Source of the DNA: Octopus sinensis
Taxonomy: Eukaryota
Direction: 5' to 3'
Assembly: GCF_006345805.1 (NCBI RefSeq)
Contig: NC_043024.1
Span: 11,284,001-11,348,000 of the forward strand
DNA length: 64,000 nucleotides
Shown: positions 59,685-64,000 of the stretch, one piece after another
How positions within the stretch are numbered: position 1 is the first letter of the stretch
Layout of the letters: each line of letters begins with the position of its first letter
Made by a program: the position numbers and the translations under genes
Notes under the pieces: generated by a model
The model's database searches: none
What the model was told of the DNA's origin: nothing
The model's input: only the letters and a program-made list of their open reading frames with translations

Positions 59685-59833
59685 CCTTTCTGCTATGGGC
59701 ACAAGGCCTGAAATTTGTGGGGGAGGAGTAAGTCGATTACATCGACCCCAGTGTTTCACTAGTACTTAACTTATTGAACCTGAAAGGATGAAAGGCAAAG
59801 TCAACCTTGGTGAAATAATAAATAATAATAATA

Positions 59834-59869
<36 letters not shown>

Positions 59870-59888
59870 GTGATGGTGATGGTGATGG

Positions 59889-59961
<73 letters not shown>

Positions 59962-60612
59962 AACAATAACAATAACAACAGAGGCAAGTGAAATCGAAAT
60001 CAAATTTGATGACTGGCATCTGTGCTATTCGAGCGCTAAGAGCACCATCCAAGCATGATCGTTGCCAGAGCGGCTAACTGGCTTCCATGCCGGTGGCACA
60101 TAAAAAGCAGTATTTGAGCGTGATTGTTACCAGCGTCGCCTTACTGGCACTTGTGCTGGTGGCACGTAAAAAAAAAACATTCGAGAGAGGTTGTTGCCAG
60201 TGCCGCTGGACTGGCTCCTGTGCAGGTGGCATGTAAAAAACACCATTTGAGATTGGCCATTGCCAGTACTGCCTGACTGGCACAGTGTTAACTAGTGGTT
60301 GTCTTTTGAGCTGTGACATCGATCATCATTCGTTACTGAATCAACCAAAATTACAAGAACCATTGAGAGACATCTGATATTGTTGTCATTATTAAGAAGG
60401 CGGCGAGACGGTCGTATCGCGAGCATCCAAAGCAAAATGCTTGGCCTCATTTCATCCATCCTTGTGTTCTGAGTTCAAATTCTGCTGAGGTCGGCTTTGC
60501 CTTTCATCTTTTCAGGATCGATAAAATAAGTACCAGTTGAACACTGGGGTCAATCTAATCCTCTTAACCTCTCCTGACAAATTTCAGGTCTTGTGCCTAG
60601 AGTAGAAAAGAT

Positions 60613-61043
60613 GGATCTTTTCCGTTTGAACGGCAGTTTTTTCTAGCGGTGTCATATGAAATTGTCACCCATAATTATGACCCTAGTATCGATCTATTGC
60701 ATTTCAATCTGTTTTAGGGTTAGGGTTAGTTAAGGTTAGGGTTAGGGATGGGGGAAGGGTATCTTTTTTGTCTTCACAAATGTAAATAAACCCAATCTGT
60801 TTCTTAAACGAGGGACATATTCATACGGCACAGAATGTTTTCACCTCAATAGACGTCATTGATTGGTTGAAATTGCAGAAATTGAAGAAACAGAAACAGA
60901 AATATCTTACAAACTACAGAATTTTCTCAATAAAGCCAAGAGAAAAATATGTTTTATAAACACATTCTACCAGTATACGAAGTTTAAAAGTGTTTAGTTA
61001 CGTGGAAATTATTTTTAAAAACTGCCGGTCAAACCGAAAAGAT
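60613..61043 (-). mobile_element. MITE family A, inverted copy
   Basis: Reverse complement of the copies at 0.5-4.4 kb. TTAGGG repeats at about 60714-60747. Inserted in a SINE tail. Confidence 0.85.
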
Positions 61044-61671
61044 TATTGTTATTATTGAAGATTTTAATGAAATCTTGTCTTTGAATTTCTTTTCTTTGAT
61101 TTTGTATTTTCACCCCATTGAATCATTTTCTGTTCAATAAAAGAGACCGATGGAATGAGAACCAGATTTTAAAAAATTAATTAGTATTGGGATCAATTTT
61201 TTTCAATTAAGACCCCTCAAGGTAGTGCCCCAGCATGGGCGCAGTCAACTGACTATGACAAAAATAAATAGACGAGAAGTTACTTCCCTTGTATGAGAAG
61301 TTTTAATGAAGAGTAACCTCCCTTATACGCGAAAGCGTGATGGACACCCGTCTATTTGAGTGCTTCTCAAACTACCCGATGTGGGGTACCGGAGGCTGTG
61401 CCAGGGACCGGTTATATTTCTTAGTAATATTAATTCATACCGGAAACAATATATATAATTGATATAATTAAAGTTGACAATGTTTTTTTTTTATCTTATA
61501 TTTCCGTCTAACAAATCCATTCACAAGGCTTTGGTTGGCCCGAGGCTATAGTAGAAGACACTTGCCCAAGGTGCCACGCAGTGGGACTGAACCCAGAACC
61601 ATGTGGTTAAGAAGCAAGCTTCTTACCACACAGCCATTCCTACACCTATTTATATATATTTGGATTCTTAT

Positions 61672-61715
<44 letters not shown>

Positions 61716-61734
61716 TATTCTTTATTCTTTTATT

Positions 61735-62093
61735 CTTTTATTCTTTTACTTGTTTCAGTCATTTGACTGCGGCCATGCTGGAGCACCACCTTTTAGTACT
61801 TATTCTATCGGTCTCTTTTTGCCGAACCGCTAAGTGACGGGGACCTAAACACACCAGCATCGGTTGTCAAGCAATGCTAGGGGGACAAACACAGACACAC
61901 AAACACACACATACAAACATATATATATACATACATATATACGACAGGCTTCTTTCAGTTTCCGTCTACCAAATCCACTCACAAGGCATTGGTCGGCCCG
62001 GGGCTATAGTAGAAGACACTTGCCCAAGGTGCCATGCAGTGGGACTGAACCCGCAACCATGTGGTTGGTTAGCAAGCTACTTACCACACAGCC
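61735..62093 (-). mobile_element. SINE family 1 (inverted)
   Basis: Reverse complement of the family 1 consensus. Partial copies flank it at about 61500-61645 and 62200-62332. Confidence 0.9.
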
Positions 62094-62523
62094 AATATAT
62101 ATATATATATATATACATACAAATGGCGGTGCCCCAGCATGGCCACAGCTCGTGAGCTGAAACTAGATAAAATAAAATAAAAAAATAAAAATAAAAATAC
62201 GACGGGCTTCTTTCAGTTTCCGTCTACCAAATCCACTCACAAGGCCTTGGTCGGCCTGAGGCTATAGTAGAAGACACTTGCCCAAGGTGCCACGCAGTGG
62301 GACTGAACCCGGAAGCATGTGGTTCGTAAGCACTTGTCCCCTTGTGTCAGCTGACCTATATAAAACGCCGGGGACATAAACGGAACAGTTTCTTGCAATA
62401 AATACATCAAAAACAAAATTCTTTAATGGCGCCATAAGATACTACTGTGGACCCTATTTTGCTTGAGTGACCCCCACCCCATATGAACCCTGGCTGAGAA
62501 GCACTGATTTAGGGTTTACTTAC

Positions 62524-62631
62524 CTTAAAATATTCTGGCCACTTTTTGTCCGCTTGGTCAGCGGTCAAGTATTCGAGGAGGTCCGAGAAGACATCGATTG
62601 ATTTCTCCAGAAGGAAGCATTTCAGCCAACC
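62524..62631 (-). CDS. DNHD1: Divergent dynein heavy chain (DNHD1-like), first visible exon
   Basis: tttcAG|GGTTGG...TTTAAG|GTaagt, 108 nt, phase 0/0. Translates GWLKCFLLEKSIDVFSDLLEYLTADQADKKWPEYFK, typical of the helical region before AAA6 in dynein heavy chains. The gene symbol is an inference from divergence. Confidence 0.8.
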
Positions 62632-62873
62632 CTGAAACAGGAAAGCATTAAAAGGGGTCATTGTCATAGAATTCATTCTGTTATTTATTCACACACAATA
62701 AGAGGAGGGAGCTGACTCTTCAGTCTTTATGTTCTGAGTTCAAATCCTGCTGAGGCCAACATTGCTAATCACCCATTTAGGGTCAATAAAAATAAGAACC
62801 AGTTGATCACTAGGGTCAATTTAAATGACTTGCCGCCTCCCCTAAAATTACTGACCTTGTGCCAAAATTTGAA

Positions 62874-62913
<40 letters not shown>

Positions 62914-63778
62914 GGTGGCACGTAAAAAGCACCAATCCGATCGTGGCCGTTTGCCAGCCTTGTCTGGCACCTGTGCTGGTGGCATGTAAAAAGCACCCAC
63001 TACTCTCTCGGAGTGGTTGGCATTAGGAAGGGCATCCAGCTGTAGAAACACTGCCAGATCAGACTGGAGCCTGGTGCAGCCTTCTGGCTTCCCAGACCCC
63101 AGTTGAACCGTCCAACCCATGCCAGCATGGAAAAAGGACGTTAAACGATGATGATGATTATTATTATTATTTAGTGAGAGAGCAGTGCATGCCATCAAAG
63201 TGACACTGGGGTAAAATATATGTCAACTTTGCCTTTCATCATTTTGGGGGTCATTAAATTAAGTACCAGTGGAACACTGGGGTTGATGTAATCAACTAGT
63301 CCCCTCACCCCAAATTTCAGGCCTTGTGCCTATAGTAGAAAAGATTATTATTATTATTACTATTATTATTATTATTATTATTATTGAGTGAGAGAGCAGT
63401 GCATGCCATCAAAGTGACATTGGGGTACAAATATACAAAGCCCAGTATACCCATCATGAGTACCCGTCTGATAAGGGTACACCAGGTACATGCATCACAA
63501 CCATATGTGCGCGACATGGTGATCTCATATCAAGATAAACAGCACATGACCTTGCAGGTGGGGCCCAGTTAGAATTTTCTTCTGGTCGAGTAACCCATCC
63601 TGCTCAAAAAAGGGTTGGCCCTTTGAAATACAGGTACTACACATTTTTGCCAGCTGAGTTGACTGGAGCAGCGTGAAATAAAGTGTCTTGCTCAAGGACA
63701 CAACACGCAGCTCGGTCCGGGAATCGAACTCACAACCTTATAATCGTGAGCCGAATGCCCTAACCACTCAGCCACGTA

Positions 63779-63843
<65 letters not shown>

Positions 63844-64000
63844 TTATATTTAAGTCACAATATATGGATTCTAGTAATCCAGTAGTACTTATTAAAAAAG
63901 CCCCTTAATATATCATTCTACAAAACACATAAGAATATATACAGTAATCCTTTGACTATTTTTGCCTGCTGAGTGGACTGGAGCAACGTGAAATAAAGTG

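Noticed and set aside
61358-62506. Possible single hAT element bounded by gagtgcttctcaa...tgagaagcactg
   Set aside because: No matching TSD, and the interior is mostly SINE insertions. The ends may belong to separate fragments.

Overview
Eukaryotic, very repeat-rich animal genomic DNA with one 100-N assembly gap at 18936-19035. The tRNA-derived SINE families and microsatellite load point to an octopod cephalopod; this is an inference. Almost all ORFs in the supplied track are artefacts of microsatellites or SINEs. The one clear protein-coding signal is a minus-strand gene with 10 phase-compatible GT-AG exons from 62631 to 19546 (2073 nt, about 691 aa). They encode the pre-AAA6 lid, AAA6 and C-terminal region of a strongly divergent dynein heavy chain, most like DNHD1. 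Its 5' part lies beyond the right edge, and its last exon(s) are not visible, probably because they fall in the gap. A candidate ATG-only first exon of a second minus-strand gene sits at about 12533, inside a roughly 10 kb TE-free, low-complexity block. The rest is four SINE families, several MITE families (one carrying internal TTAGGG telomeric repeats), a small Helitron, R4/Dong-like retrotransposon fragments inserted in (TAA)n, CR1-like 3' ends amplified into tandem arrays, and Penelope-like termini with minimal hammerhead-ribozyme motifs. I found no evidence for a wholly new multi-gene system.
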